A stretch of DNA of 64,000 nt, taken from positions 2,155 to 66,154 of the forward strand of contig DASSOC010000001.1 in assembly GCA_035700965.1 (NCBI GenBank), in the 5' to 3' direction. This document shows, piece after piece, positions 24,001 to 32,828 of this stretch. A program made the position numbers and the translations under genes. The stretch comes from Solirubrobacterales bacterium. Lineage in GTDB: Bacteria; Actinomycetota; Thermoleophilia; Solirubrobacterales; 70-9. The notes beneath the pieces are model-generated. The model had not been told where the DNA came from, searched no databases, and saw only the letters and a program-made list of their open reading frames with translations. How positions within the stretch are numbered: the first letter of the stretch is position 1; the number at the start of each line of letters is the position of its first letter.

Positions 24001-26945
24001 TTGGTCGCGCCTTCGGCGACCGACTGCGCGATGTGGGCCATCGCGCGTCCGGTACTTTCTGAGATCTGCTTGTTGGTCTGCCCGAACTTAGTGGTGAGCG
24101 CCGAGTTCAGCCGCGCCGCCGAGCCCTTGACGAGCTTGCCTTCGGCTTCCATCTTGTGGGCCATCTGCACCATCGCTTCGCGCGCGGCTTCACGGGCGCC
24201 CTTCGGCATCTTGTTCAGCTCGCGGAGCTGGGCTTGGATCTGCCGGTTCGTGACCTTGCCCGCTTCGGCCCAGCTATTCGAGAAGCCCTTGGCGAGACCC
24301 AGGGGGTCGCGGCCTTCGAAGAGCCGCAGATTTCGGGCGAGATTCTGGATCCGCTTCTGCCCGGCTTCCTGGGTGATGACCTCCTGCTGCATCCCCGAGC
24401 GGATCGCGGCGATGCTGGCCTTCATGCTCTCGGCCATCGCCTGGTGCCACTTGGGCGGGTTGTTCTTCCAGACTTGGTCGATCTTGGCGAGGTTTTCGTG
24501 AGTGACCTTGTTGATGTCACTCATCCGGGTGACCGCGCCGGAGCGCAGGAGGTCGAAGCCGTGGTTGTAGGACTGCACGGCCCTGGCGCCTTCGTGGAGG
24601 GCCTTGTCGACGAGGGCGAGCTTCTGGCGGAGCGCGTCGAGCGCCTTTTCGCTGGCGCCGCTTTCCTTCAGAATCGCGATCTGTTCCCGCAGCCCCGCCC
24701 GGGCGCCTCGAAGGCCGCTGGCGCCGACCCGTTCAGGGATGACGACGTGCGCGCCAGCGACGGTGATTTCTTTCTTCGCCGAGTGACCCGGGGTCCCGAA
24801 TTCCATCCGGGTGAGCGCCTTGTGTAGCTGCGGGAGCTTCTTTTCGAAGCTGCGGAGGAACCCTTCGGCGTATTGGTCGCCGAGGTCATTCCCCCCTAGT
24901 TCTTCGGCGAGCAGCCCGCCCGCGCCGCCGAGGACTGCGCCGAGGGCGGTCCCGATCCCGGGCGCGATCGCGCTCCCGATCGCCGCCCCGGCACCGGCGC
25001 CCTGGAAGGCGGAGGCCAATTCATGGCCGGTGTTCCCGCCGACGATTTCCTTGCTGATTTCGCCGACGACCAGGCCCCCGATGCCGTAGGTGGCAAGGCC
25101 CCGCCCCAAGCGCCCCGCCATCTCCGTCGTGGTCGCCGTGAGCTCGGGCAACCGGCCGCGCGCATCCGCAACGAACCCCTTGACGTAGGCCCGCGCCCCG
25201 AGTCTGCCGGTCTCATCGAGGGTCTTCTGCGCTGCCGGGGTAGCCAGCGAGAAGTCACCGAAGCTCTCCGCCAGAAGCGCTCGGCTGGTCGCCTCGGCCG
25301 CGGCCTTGCGAGCGGCCCCTGAGCCAAGTGCCGGAGAGGCGGGGGTCCAGACGGGTGCGGCCGTCGTGACCGCAGCGGCACGGGTCGCCGCCGCCGTCTC
25401 CGTGGCGATCAACGGGGCCGCGGTCTTGGCCGTTTCCTCGGCGAGGTTGATGCCGATCGTCTTCCCCAGCGACTTGCCGATCGCGATGAACGGCGCTTTG
25501 CCGCCGATGAAGTTCAAGAGCCAGCTGCCCATCACCAGTTTGCCGAGCAGGTCGGCATGGGTGAAGCCCTCCACGAACCCCTTCGCGAACTCCAGACCGA
25601 GCTTGCCCGCGCCTTCGGCGATGCGGGGTACCGCGTCGTTCAGGAATTTGTCGAGCCCTTCGATCAGGTGGTCGCCGACGTGGTACCGGTCCCACATCCG
25701 GCTCAGTTCATGACTGATGATCGAGGCGGCCTTCTGGATTTTTTCCGAGTTCGAGAGGCTCGGGTTGTTGAAGACCTTGCCCACCCGGTTCAGGGCTTCG
25801 GTGGCTTCCCCGGCGAGGTCTTTCAGCGCGGGCGCCGCGCCTTTGTAGATCTGGATCTCGACGGTTTCCAGGGAGCCCTTGAACTGCTCCCATTCGCCCG
25901 CCAGGTTGTTCATCTTCTTGGAGGCGATTTCCTGGGCGGTGCCCTGTTTAGAGTTCGCCTTTTCGAGCGCTTTGAACTGCTTCGGGGTCTTTTCCAGAAC
26001 TGCGTTGAGGCCGATCACGCCGCGCTGACCGGCGAGGGTCGCCAGAGTTTTGGTCCGTTCGGCTTTGGTCATCCCGTCGGTTGCGCGGTGCAGTTCGACG
26101 GACAGTTCGGCGGCATCTTTGAGACGGCCGTTGCCGGTCAGTAGGTGGAAGCCAAGTTCTTCCTGGAGTTCCGACTGCTTTTTGGTCGGTTTGAGGAGCT
26201 GGATGATCGCCGTTTTGTAGGTCGTGCCGGCCATCGAACCCTTGATTCCGGCTTCGGCCATCGCCTCGAGGACGACCATCGTTTCGTTCAGACTGTAGCC
26301 CGCCAGCTTCGATACCGAGCCACCGTATTTCAGGGCTTCTGCGAAGTCGATGACGTCGGCGGTGGTCCGGTTGGCGGCAGTCGAGAGCATGTCGGCGACC
26401 GAATTCGCTTCCTTGCCCCCGATCCCGAACAGCTTCATGGCGTTGACGGTGGTTTCCGCCGCAGTGGCAAGTTCAAGCTGCCCTGCTTCAGCGAGGTGGA
26501 GCGCCGCAGGCAGGCCGCCGCCGAGAACCTGCTTGAGGCTGAGGCCGCCTTTGATCAGCTCGCCCTGGGCTTCGGCGGCCTGGGTGGCGCTGTAGAAGGT
26601 GGCAGCGCCAAGCTTGATCGACTGGCGTTCGAGGGCAAGCATCTGCTTGCGGTTAGCTTCTGAGACCGCCGAATTCGCCGACATCTGTTTTTCGAACTGC
26701 ATCCCGGCGTTGACGATGTCCTTGCCGACGACCAGCGCCAGCGCTGCCCCGCCGGCCGCCGCATACTTGGCTCCGGTGGTGAAGGTCCGCAGATGCTTGG
26801 ACTGCTGGGCCATCACCGGCCCAAGCGCCTTGCCGAACTTGTTGCCGAACTGGTCGGCGATCGGGTTGATCTTCTGCGCCAGCTCGGAGTTCAGCGACGA
26901 GAAGTCCGGGCGGATCTTGACGTAGGCGGTACCAGCGTCACTCAT
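21027..26945 (-). CDS. Tape measure protein with embedded NlpC/P60-like domain
   Basis: 1972 aa, largely helical and Ala/Gly-rich, downstream of the chaperone genes. Carries WPYVYGGGHGGFHGPFDCSGYVSYGLH (Cys codon near 23370). Confidence 0.9.
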   Translation of the reverse strand: MSDAGTAYVKIRPDFSSLNSELAQKINPIADQFGNKFGKALGPVMAQQSKHLRTFTTGAKYAAAGGAALALVVGKDIVNAGMQFEKQMSANSAVSEANRKQMLALERQSIKLGAATFYSATQAAEAQGELIKGGLSLKQVLGGGLPAALHLAEAGQLELATAAETTVNAMKLFGIGGKEANSVADMLSTAANRTTADVIDFAEALKYGGSVSKLAGYSLNETMVVLEAMAEAGIKGSMAGTTYKTAIIQLLKPTKKQSELQEELGFHLLTGNGRLKDAAELSVELHRATDGMTKAERTKTLATLAGQRGVIGLNAVLEKTPKQFKALEKANSKQGTAQEIASKKMNNLAGEWEQFKGSLETVEIQIYKGAAPALKDLAGEATEALNRVGKVFNNPSLSNSEKIQKAASIISHELSRMWDRYHVGDHLIEGLDKFLNDAVPRIAEGAGKLGLEFAKGFVEGFTHADLLGKLVMGSWLLNFIGGKAPFIAIGKSLGKTIGINLAEETAKTAAPLIATETAAATRAAAVTTAAPVWTPASPALGSGAARKAAAEATSRALLAESFGDFSLATPAAQKTLDETGRLGARAYVKGFVADARGRLPELTATTTEMAGRLGRGLATYGIGGLVVGEISKEIVGGNTGHELASAFQGAGAGAAIGSAIAPGIGTALGAVLGGAGGLLAEELGGNDLGDQYAEGFLRSFEKKLPQLHKALTRMEFGTPGHSAKKEITVAGAHVVIPERVGASGLRGARAGLREQIAILKESGASEKALDALRQKLALVDKALHEGARAVQSYNHGFDLLRSGAVTRMSDINKVTHENLAKIDQVWKNNPPKWHQAMAESMKASIAAIRSGMQQEVITQEAGQKRIQNLARNLRLFEGRDPLGLAKGFSNSWAEAGKVTNRQIQAQLRELNKMPKGAREAAREAMVQMAHKMEAEGKLVKGSAARLNSALTTKFGQTNKQISESTGRAMAHIAQSVAEGATNVGGALSNIFDNLANALAAVGDSKVPTFSLSTLSASSQYHHAREATQSGLGHPPQKKQDGGFIVPGTGSGDTFKTMIPAGSFVENREAVRGLPFQTGGLIPVMLEPGERVHFPAAVHAIGKDVLEARNRAVPRFQTGGLLHPKLNGPAGPVQSLGQDVIDRSFNAVQRYYRTHMEPPRILRALRAMEAQAHKGWPYVYGGGHGGFHGPFDCSGYVSYGLHAADFINTPLAVQQGSGLYTLGAPGPGKFLTWGVRGSSGMSAHTMMAIKAPGGKWKYFESGGSGGGAHEDSGWDGSFQLRHMPGFQRGGTVPDRAKQAIVRYGQEAFNPRSPHFVGWGYRLGGLVQKLAKGGWVKTGYTIYTGSGAGAGGDLQKGHGYAELGTATTSGASTGHGYIAEALGRSGELPFEFPLDVKIASTGKIAKLYKRDRGYGQGTPAYSIDIHQLAWPELGLSEANGKGSAFIRPASGSGKESDEHSFKEKVPALFEGAKTRSLNLPSVPKNRHGLEAAIDHWRKELRIYRKAKQVAEKKNRPGVAQAIAHNITALEGFLRQLHGALHKVKLEAARKKFSRRIKGKLGKVAGYEQIIEGLQRDFDIANERAEEVVALEPQMPEFPANWSDGKKAEEEKAFVGRLSGYIDGPETSAYGDLLGRLASWRTAIVKAEIFGFGSGKPSVQRMEATSEKKVYEVVSEIAAINQYTERVAADIAGFKHDHPKAKELPKWIKNEIKERDKRRRKLPFLRTEDQELRQLIGELREKFYPGDPDNNRINPPAPPLEGTGTLEEALVGIQGIHWPDLHEILPASALQPPRSVGGLGGTIWDVQTSIEELGLKKLQAANGLEGTGGGSTDESESTALLRELVTQANQEKIIRAIEKGVIGPGFRLGGEVLPPYAGKAHTGAIVPGPSSQERTMVLKGGEGVFTEEQMAALGPASGNASGGPILFEELHVHPDGRVSGVYQGQEFEAAVRKVVHHDQQQEARRVGTRRAGRRL

Positions 26946-26955
26946 CTGCGTTCCT

Positions 26956-27707
26956 TCACCCCCCTCCTGAGATGTGCTTGCCGAAGAAGCGGCCGATCTC
27001 GGCCGCGTCCGACGTGGGTTCTTTCTTCTGCGCCCCGGGTCGGCCGGGGTGCTCGAAGAGCCGTTGGGGCGGCGGCAGCCGCGTCTTGCCGCCGACCAGG
27101 GCGAAGACGCTCAGCGGCCCCCAGTGTTCGAGTGCCTCGACCATGCGCGCCATCAGCTCGTCCTGGCGCCCCCAGTCCGGGCGGTCCTGCTGCCAGGTAG
27201 CCGCCTCGCCGAACGGCAGGGCCTCGACGAGGGCATACAGCCGCCGCGGCGAGCTGTTGAAGATCTCCTCCCTCAGGTCGAGGGAGTAGAAGCGGAGGAA
27301 GTCGGCCTCGACAAGCCCCCAGCGCTCGGCTAGGAGTCCTGCGAGGCCGCGGATTCCCCCTCGGAGGTCCCGTACTGCTCGAAGATCTCGCCGACCAGTT
27401 CGAATGCCTCGACGACGACCTTGTCTTCGTCCTCGGCTCCCTCGATCTCGCGGATCACCGTGCCGTACTGGGTCGGCTCCTCGGCGTTCAAGAGCGAGGC
27501 GAGCAGCTTCAGCGTCGGCCGGGTGTCTTCGCCGGCTTCTTCTATCTCGGTCATCCGAAAGACGAGCGACTTCGGCAGATCTGCCGGTAGCTTGAACGTG
27601 TGGCCCCGCCAGTCGATCGTCTTCGACTTCGAGTCGGTCTCCTCGACGGCGGCTTTCGCTTTGCTTCTGGGTTTGGGTTTGCTCACGAGTTGGTCTCGCT
27701 TTCTCAA
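26956..27707 (-). CDS. Tail assembly chaperone -1 frameshift product (GT-like)
   Basis: The -1 frame is open across the G stop and encodes ERWGLVEADFLRFYSLDLREE... down to 26956. A GGGGG run sits at 27356..27360 (minus strand). Confidence 0.5.
27330..27707 (-). CDS. Tail assembly chaperone (G-like)
   Basis: 125 aa, acidic, between the major tail and tape measure genes. Confidence 0.7.
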   Translation of the reverse strand: MRKRDQLVSKPKPRSKAKAAVEETDSKSKTIDWRGHTFKLPADLPKSLVFRMTEIEEAGEDTRPTLKLLASLLNAEEPTQYGTVIREIEGAEDEDKVVVEAFELVGEIFEQYGTSEGESAASQDS

Positions 27708-27779
27708 GTCGGTTTAGTCGCGTCGTCTGTCACGCAGAAGCCCCCCGCCCGGGAAGGGCGAGGGGCCAGATGGGCCTAG

Positions 27780-28349
27780 CTAGGAGCCCGGCGTGAAGGC
27801 GTCGGAGTCGGTAAGGTAGTAGCCCGGGCTGACGTCTTCGGAGGGAGCCAGGACTTTGAAGGTGACCGGCAGCTGGAGCTCCTGCCCGCGCTGGAAGGAC
27901 AGCTCCACCGACTCCGTCACGTTCCCCGCGAGGAACACGAAGCGGTGATGCTCGCCGCCGTCGGCGGCGTCGATGACCAGCGCCCGTTCGTCGATCGGTT
28001 CGGAGTCGACGACGAAGTCGTAGCGGAAGATGCCTACGCTCGGTTCGGTGATTTTACCGCCGCCCAGCGCGAGTACGAGATTGCTCTCGTTCACCTGCTG
28101 CATGGTGAAGGTGACGGTGATCTCCTGGCCGTTCAGATCGCGGCGGGTCGCCTGGCGGCGCTGCCACGATTTGGTCTCCATGATTTCCGGCGTAGCGCTG
28201 ATTTTCGCGCCTTCCTCGGTGAGGAACCCTGCCCCGACGAATGCCGAGTTGAGTTTTTCCGTAGGCGTGGTCGGCAGGGCAGTCCCTACCGGGGCGAACG
28301 ACACTTCGCCGTTCTTTGCAACGACGAGCTCGCTGCTGTCTTGCCACAT
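27780..28349 (-). CDS. Major tail protein
   Basis: 189 aa, upstream of the chaperones, with a strong AGGAGG RBS. Confidence 0.75.
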   Translation of the reverse strand: MWQDSSELVVAKNGEVSFAPVGTALPTTPTEKLNSAFVGAGFLTEEGAKISATPEIMETKSWQRRQATRRDLNGQEITVTFTMQQVNESNLVLALGGGKITEPSVGIFRYDFVVDSEPIDERALVIDAADGGEHHRFVFLAGNVTESVELSFQRGQELQLPVTFKVLAPSEDVSPGYYLTDSDAFTPGS

Positions 28350-28454
28350 AATGTGGACCTCCTGTGTCTGCCCGCAGGCGGGCGTGATTTGAGAAAGCCG
28401 CCGTCCTGCGGCAGCGGGTTTGCGCCGCTTGCTTGCGGCGCCCAGGCGAGCCGG

Positions 28455-28754
28455 TTAGGACTCGCGCAGATTCAGCCCGGCAGCCCGCACACCCCGGCGA
28501 AGGGGCGCATAGGTGGGCGTGTGGGCGAGGCCCCACTCTTCGAGGTGGCCTCCGTGGTTGGTGTTGATGACCGCGAGGTCGCCCTCGACCTCGCCGACGA
28601 CGATGCGGCGGCCTCCGCCCGCCAGCGGCATCGCGTGGTGGGCGAGAGCTTCGGCCTTGTCGGCAGCGTGCAGAGCGGATGACCACAATGCCCGGCTGCG
28701 CATCAGCTCGGCCTCGAGTTCTTTCCCGAAGGCGGGATTCGGGCGGAAGATCAT
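28455..28754 (-). CDS. Neck / tail-terminator-like protein
   Basis: 99-aa ORF, assigned by position between head-tail joining genes and the major tail gene. Confidence 0.5.
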   Translation of the reverse strand: MIFRPNPAFGKELEAELMRSRALWSSALHAADKAEALAHHAMPLAGGGRRIVVGEVEGDLAVINTNHGGHLEEWGLAHTPTYAPLRRGVRAAGLNLRES

Positions 28755-29155
28755 GGGTGCATCCAGACGATCGCGCTCAAGGCGTAGCGCTGCATCGCCG
28801 GCTCAAAGTAGGTGTCGGGAAGGCGCGGACAACTCGTGAAGCGCACGCCGGTCACCGTGGCGCCTTCGAAGCTCGCCTCCGGGGCCAGTAGAAGCGCCTC
28901 GCGGACGGTTCGCGTGAGCAGGCTCGCCGTCGCCTGGTCGCCGCCGGTTCCCGCGTAGCAATCGAAGGTGCCGAACCATTCGATCAGGTAGTCGGTGCGT
29001 GAGCCGCCGACCGCGAGCGCGTCATGCTGGGTCACCTTCACCCAAGGCAGGACATCCGAGGAGGGCGTCTCAGGGACGACCCGAGCCTTCAGGGCTTCGA
29101 CCGCGGGGTGCTCCCGGAGATAGGCCCCGAGGATCGCCTCGGCGTTCGGGATCAC
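28751..29155 (-). CDS. Tail completion / neck protein
   Basis: 134 aa with 4-nt overlaps on both sides. Assigned by position. Confidence 0.55.
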   Translation of the reverse strand: MIPNAEAILGAYLREHPAVEALKARVVPETPSSDVLPWVKVTQHDALAVGGSRTDYLIEWFGTFDCYAGTGGDQATASLLTRTVREALLLAPEASFEGATVTGVRFTSCPRLPDTYFEPAMQRYALSAIVWMHP

Positions 29156-29514
29156 GGGTCTTCGTTCCCCGCGGTTCGCCGCAGGGTCGCCTCGATATGG
29201 CTCACGGCGCCCGTTCGTGGGCTGTGCACGTGCCAGGGTTCTCCGTCCAGCTCGAGCTTGCCGATCCCCTCGACGACGATCGCGTCGGAGGTGCGCAGGT
29301 CGGTTTCAGCCGGGAAGAATCCGAGCCAGCTAGTCGCGCTGGTCTCTCCCTCGCCGGGACCCTCGCTCCCGGCGAGCCGGGCTTTGCGCTGCTGGATCTC
29401 GCAGAGGATCTGGACTTCCTCTTTGCTAGTGACCGCGGCCCCGAATTCATCCTTCTCTTCCCCCTCTCGGCGCTTGATCAGGGTCGCCACCGTGTTCATC
29501 AGCTTGGTCGGCAT
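29152..29514 (-). CDS. Head closure / head-tail adaptor protein
   Basis: 120 aa. Assigned by position and size. Confidence 0.55.
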   Translation of the reverse strand: MPTKLMNTVATLIKRREGEEKDEFGAAVTSKEEVQILCEIQQRKARLAGSEGPGEGETSATSWLGFFPAETDLRTSDAIVVEGIGKLELDGEPWHVHSPRTGAVSHIEATLRRTAGNEDP

Positions 29515-30191
29515 CGCCCCTCCTCAAGTAGTGCCCTCATCGCCTCGGGTCGGCCCTGGGCGGCCTTGTAGCGGCCCCAAAGCGCCCAGCTCTCCTCCGA
29601 GCCGTGCTTGCGGGAAATCCGCTCCTGCGGTGGGTGCCACAGATGAAGGAGTGGAAACGGCGCCCGCCACGGCGGACCGGCAAGCTCGCGCAGGGCCGCG
29701 CCCTGGGCGAGATCCTCCTGGCCCCAGCCGCGGAAGCGAAGGTCAAGTGGCGCTGTGAGCAAGGTCTCCCGCCGCGCAACAAGAGCACCTCCGCCAAGAA
29801 CGCCGGGGTAAGGGTGCTGGTCGAGGTCGTCCTCCTGCCGGCGCCAATCGGCGCCGCTCAGCACCGCCTTGGTGGCGTCTTCGTTGAGCCGGTGAACCTC
29901 CGCGAACGGGACCACCCACGGCGCGCCGCCCACGATGGCATCGACGGCGGCGCTGAGACCGTCGGCCCAGACGTCGGCGTCGGCCTGGACGATGATCTCC
30001 GCATCGCTCGCGGCGATGACGGGGTTGACCGCCGCGCCCTTGCACCAAGGCCCCGGGGGCGCCGGCGCCTCGACTAGCTGCCAGTCAGGATGGGCTTCGG
30101 CGTAGCTCGCCTGCACCCACTCCCAGGCCCTTGCCCGGTGGGGGCAACCCCCCCGGAATGGCACGACGACGCTTACGCTCGACGGCACCAC
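29499..30191 (-). CDS. Glycosyltransferase-like protein (GT-A type)
   Basis: VSVVVPFRGG...AAVNPVIAASDAEIIVQADADVW...WGQEDL. A GTG start at 30191 is preferred over the ORF-track 30419. Confidence 0.6.
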   Translation of the reverse strand: MVPSSVSVVVPFRGGCPHRARAWEWVQASYAEAHPDWQLVEAPAPPGPWCKGAAVNPVIAASDAEIIVQADADVWADGLSAAVDAIVGGAPWVVPFAEVHRLNEDATKAVLSGADWRRQEDDLDQHPYPGVLGGGALVARRETLLTAPLDLRFRGWGQEDLAQGAALRELAGPPWRAPFPLLHLWHPPQERISRKHGSEESWALWGRYKAAQGRPEAMRALLEEGRCRPS

Positions 30192-30856
30192 TCTGCCATC
30201 CGGCTCCGAAAGCGAGCTTCGTCCTCCTCCCAGCCCTGCTTGTTGCCCTTCTCGTCGGTCGCGTCCTCGGCGCGCTTGCCCCAGGCCGGGTGCAGGTGCT
30301 CGATCACCGCGCCCTCGGCCCAAGCGGTGACGCCACGGCGGACGGCGAGCTGCCAGAGCTCGGTCTCGCAGAAGTTGTGCCGGTAGCCCTCGTGGAAGAC
30401 CGTCCCAATCTCCCCCCAAACAGCGCCCGGCGACTCGATGTAAGAGCGCCTGAGGATCGGCATCGTCGCGTGGTCGCGATTGGCGGTCGAGGGCGAGAGA
30501 TCGTCAGTGCCGACCACCTGCACCCTCTCGTCCTCAAATGCCGTCGTGACTGCCTCCAGCCAGCCCTCGTAGAAGCGGACGTCGTCTGCGGTAGGTAGCA
30601 CGAACGGCTCGACCGTGGCGCGGAGGCCGGCGTTGATCTTCTGCGGATAGGTACCGTCGGAGATGATCCAACTCAGGAGCTGCCCCGGCCGCCGATACAG
30701 CTCTTCCACGACCTCCAGGCTCTCCTGGTCGTCGCGGTCCAGGACGAAGACGGGATTGCAGTAATGTCGCGGCGTCGCCTCAGCGAGGTTGTGCAGCAGA
30801 CCCTCAAGAAGGCCCGCACGCCCCAAGGTCGGGATAAGGACCGCGATCTCGATCAT
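30173..30856 (-). CDS. Glycosyltransferase-like protein (paralog of 31512..32177)
   Basis: ATG at 30856 in an ATGA overlap. IAVLIPTLGRAGLLEGLLHNLAEAT...VFVLDRDD...KINAGL...ADDVRFYEGW. Confidence 0.65.
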   Translation of the reverse strand: MIEIAVLIPTLGRAGLLEGLLHNLAEATPRHYCNPVFVLDRDDQESLEVVEELYRRPGQLLSWIISDGTYPQKINAGLRATVEPFVLPTADDVRFYEGWLEAVTTAFEDERVQVVGTDDLSPSTANRDHATMPILRRSYIESPGAVWGEIGTVFHEGYRHNFCETELWQLAVRRGVTAWAEGAVIEHLHPAWGKRAEDATDEKGNKQGWEEDEARFRSRMAEWCRRA

Positions 30857-31521
30857 GCGGCCACCGCCCTCTGCGGCTTCACCCAGCCGGGCTCGCGGCT
30901 CACGCCGTTTGCCCGCTCGATTTCTCTGTGAACCTCGTCCATCCGCTCTCGCGGGAGCGAGTGGTTTCGCGACCCCTTCCGAAGGTGCTGCCGATAGAGG
31001 GCGTCCGGCACTGCGACGATCTCGGCACCTGCCAGCCAGCAGCGCTGCCAAAGATCGAAATCCTCGTACACCTCCCACTCGCGCCAGCCGCCGACATCGA
31101 GTACGAGCTGCCGGCGGACGCCAGCGCCGACGACGATCCAGCTGCCGAACTGGAGGCAGTCCCCGACGCATTGGTGACGGCGACGATGCTCCCTGTTGAC
31201 GAAGGGCATGAAGACCCCACGGCGCGACGGGCGCCCGTCGCGCCAGCACGTAACCCTCGGCACCCGCACGTCGCCCTCGGCGCCGGCGAGCGCCTCTATG
31301 TAGCCGGGCTCCAACTCGTCGTCGGCGTCCAGGTGGATGACGAACTCCGTGTCGGCTAGCGCTATGCAGTCGTTTCGCGCCCGGGCCAGGGTGGAGGCGT
31401 GCCGGTGGACCACCCTGCAGCCCTGGGCTTCAGCCGAGGGAACGGCCCGCTTGTCGGCGAGCTGCATCCACTCGTTGCCCCCGAAGGTGCCGACGCAGAT
31501 CGTGAAGTCCTCTACGCCCAC
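30853..31521 (-). CDS. Family-2-like glycosyltransferase
   Basis: FTICVGTFGG...ARNDCIALADTEFVIHLDADDELEPGY (DxD)...EDFDLWQR. Confidence 0.7.
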   Translation of the reverse strand: MGVEDFTICVGTFGGNEWMQLADKRAVPSAEAQGCRVVHRHASTLARARNDCIALADTEFVIHLDADDELEPGYIEALAGAEGDVRVPRVTCWRDGRPSRRGVFMPFVNREHRRRHQCVGDCLQFGSWIVVGAGVRRQLVLDVGGWREWEVYEDFDLWQRCWLAGAEIVAVPDALYRQHLRKGSRNHSLPRERMDEVHREIERANGVSREPGWVKPQRAVAA

Positions 31522-32177
31522 AGAGCGCTCCTCTCGCGGAAGAGCCGGCGATCCTGCTCGAAGCGCGCGCGGCCCTTCCTGTAGACGGCGTCGTCGGGGG
31601 CGGCGCGGTTCATCCAGTGGATGTGCCGGACGTGAGAGTCAGGGGCGTAGGCGTAGGCGCCGCGCTTCGCCGCCGTGGCGATGAACTCGTCGTCAACGAA
31701 GGAGTGGTCGTAGCCCTCGTGCAGCGGGCCACCGGCCCCGTCGATCGTCCCCAGCTCCGCGTAGGCACGGGTGAGGAAGAAGTGGGTTGCGTGGTCGCGG
31801 CGGCGCGGGCGGCGCCGGAGCAGATCGTTGACGCCGACGACTTCGACGGGGCCCGCGAGCGAGCGCTGCGCCGCCTCAAACCAGCCCGTCTTGAACTCCA
31901 GGTCATCGGCGCCGAGGAAGAGCAACGGGTCGCTGGTGCGCCGGACGCCCTGGTTGATCTTCGCCGCGTAGGAGCCGCCGTCGATGACTGCGCCGATCGC
32001 CAGCTCGCGGCCGGCGCCCATCTCCTTCCAGATGGCATCGCGCTCGGCCTCGTCGTCGCTGTCGACGAGGAAAAGGACACGGACCCCGGGGGTCGTGGCT
32101 TCGACGGAGTCCAGAAGGGGCGCCACGCGGTGGGGCCGAGCGAGGACCGGGACGAGAATGGCCAGGTCGGTGCTCAT
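31512..32177 (-). CDS. Glycosyltransferase-like protein
   Basis: LAILVPVLARPHRVAPLLDSVEATT...LFLVDSDD...KINQGV...ADDLEFKTGW. Confidence 0.65.
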   Translation of the reverse strand: MSTDLAILVPVLARPHRVAPLLDSVEATTPGVRVLFLVDSDDEAERDAIWKEMGAGRELAIGAVIDGGSYAAKINQGVRRTSDPLLFLGADDLEFKTGWFEAAQRSLAGPVEVVGVNDLLRRRPRRRDHATHFFLTRAYAELGTIDGAGGPLHEGYDHSFVDDEFIATAAKRGAYAYAPDSHVRHIHWMNRAAPDDAVYRKGRARFEQDRRLFRERSALWA

Positions 32178-32368
32178 TTGGTGATGCCCCAGATGTCCGT
32201 CCCCCCTGCCGCCTCAAGTGGCGTCACGGGGCTCCTGGTGGTGTCGAGTTCCTTCTGCTGGAGGTAGTTGAAGGTCACTTTCCCCTCGCCGCCTTTCCAG
32301 GTTTCGCTGGACAGCACGTCCTGGCGGTCTTCGGGATCACGGGGGCGCTGAGCCTTGTCGTCGATCAC
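32174..32368 (-). CDS. Hypothetical structural-module protein
   Basis: 64-aa ORF with 4-nt overlaps on both sides. Confidence 0.45.
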   Translation of the reverse strand: MIDDKAQRPRDPEDRQDVLSSETWKGGEGKVTFNYLQQKELDTTRSPVTPLEAAGGTDIWGITK

Positions 32369-32766
32369 GATTCGGGCTCCCGCGAGATGGAGTCGTGCAG
32401 GAGCGACTTAGTCCGCGTGCTGCTCGAGACGAACCCGTTGGAGATCTGGCGGACCTTCCGTTCCTCCTCTTCGGTCAGGAAGGCAGAGGAGTCGAGGGCC
32501 TGGGGGAAGGTCTCGGAGTGCTGGTAGGAGCCCAGGGTCTCCGACTGCGAGGCGACGTTCAGCGGGTTGGAGATCGCGCTGACCGCCTTCTCGACGCAGA
32601 GGACTTTGAAGTAGATGGGAGAGCCGAGGTCGCCTTCGCCCCTGCCAGCGGTTTCGCAGATCAGGCCGCTGACAGCTTCGAGGACGTATTCCGCAGCTTT
32701 GACCTCGGCTGCGGTGAGGGGCCGGGTGACCCGCGCAGTGACATCGTCGATTTTCGCGAATGCCAT
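32365..32766 (-). CDS. Head-tail connector protein
   Basis: 133 aa, directly downstream of the major capsid gene. MAFAKIDDVTARVTRPLTAAEVKAAEYVLE resembles gp6-like connectors. Confidence 0.6.
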   Translation of the reverse strand: MAFAKIDDVTARVTRPLTAAEVKAAEYVLEAVSGLICETAGRGEGDLGSPIYFKVLCVEKAVSAISNPLNVASQSETLGSYQHSETFPQALDSSAFLTEEEERKVRQISNGFVSSSTRTKSLLHDSISREPES

Positions 32767-32828
32767 CTCGACCTCCCGGGGAGAATTGAGAAGCGCCCCC
32801 CGACCCGTGGGCCGGAGGGCGCAGCGAC

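Noticed and set aside
21861-24062. 733-aa plus-strand ORF antisense to the tape measure gene. Many other ORFs of 60 to 450 aa across the prophage are antisense or off-frame in the same way, for example 20427..21782 and 36637..37881.
   Set aside because: They are high-GC shadow ORFs. The minus-strand genes form an uninterrupted, translationally coupled operon with recognisable products.
27739-27766. GC-rich nested hairpin after the major tail protein stop, considered as an attenuator or terminator.
   Set aside because: No U-tract follows on the coding (minus) strand and the stems are short. It is plausible but not supportable from sequence alone.
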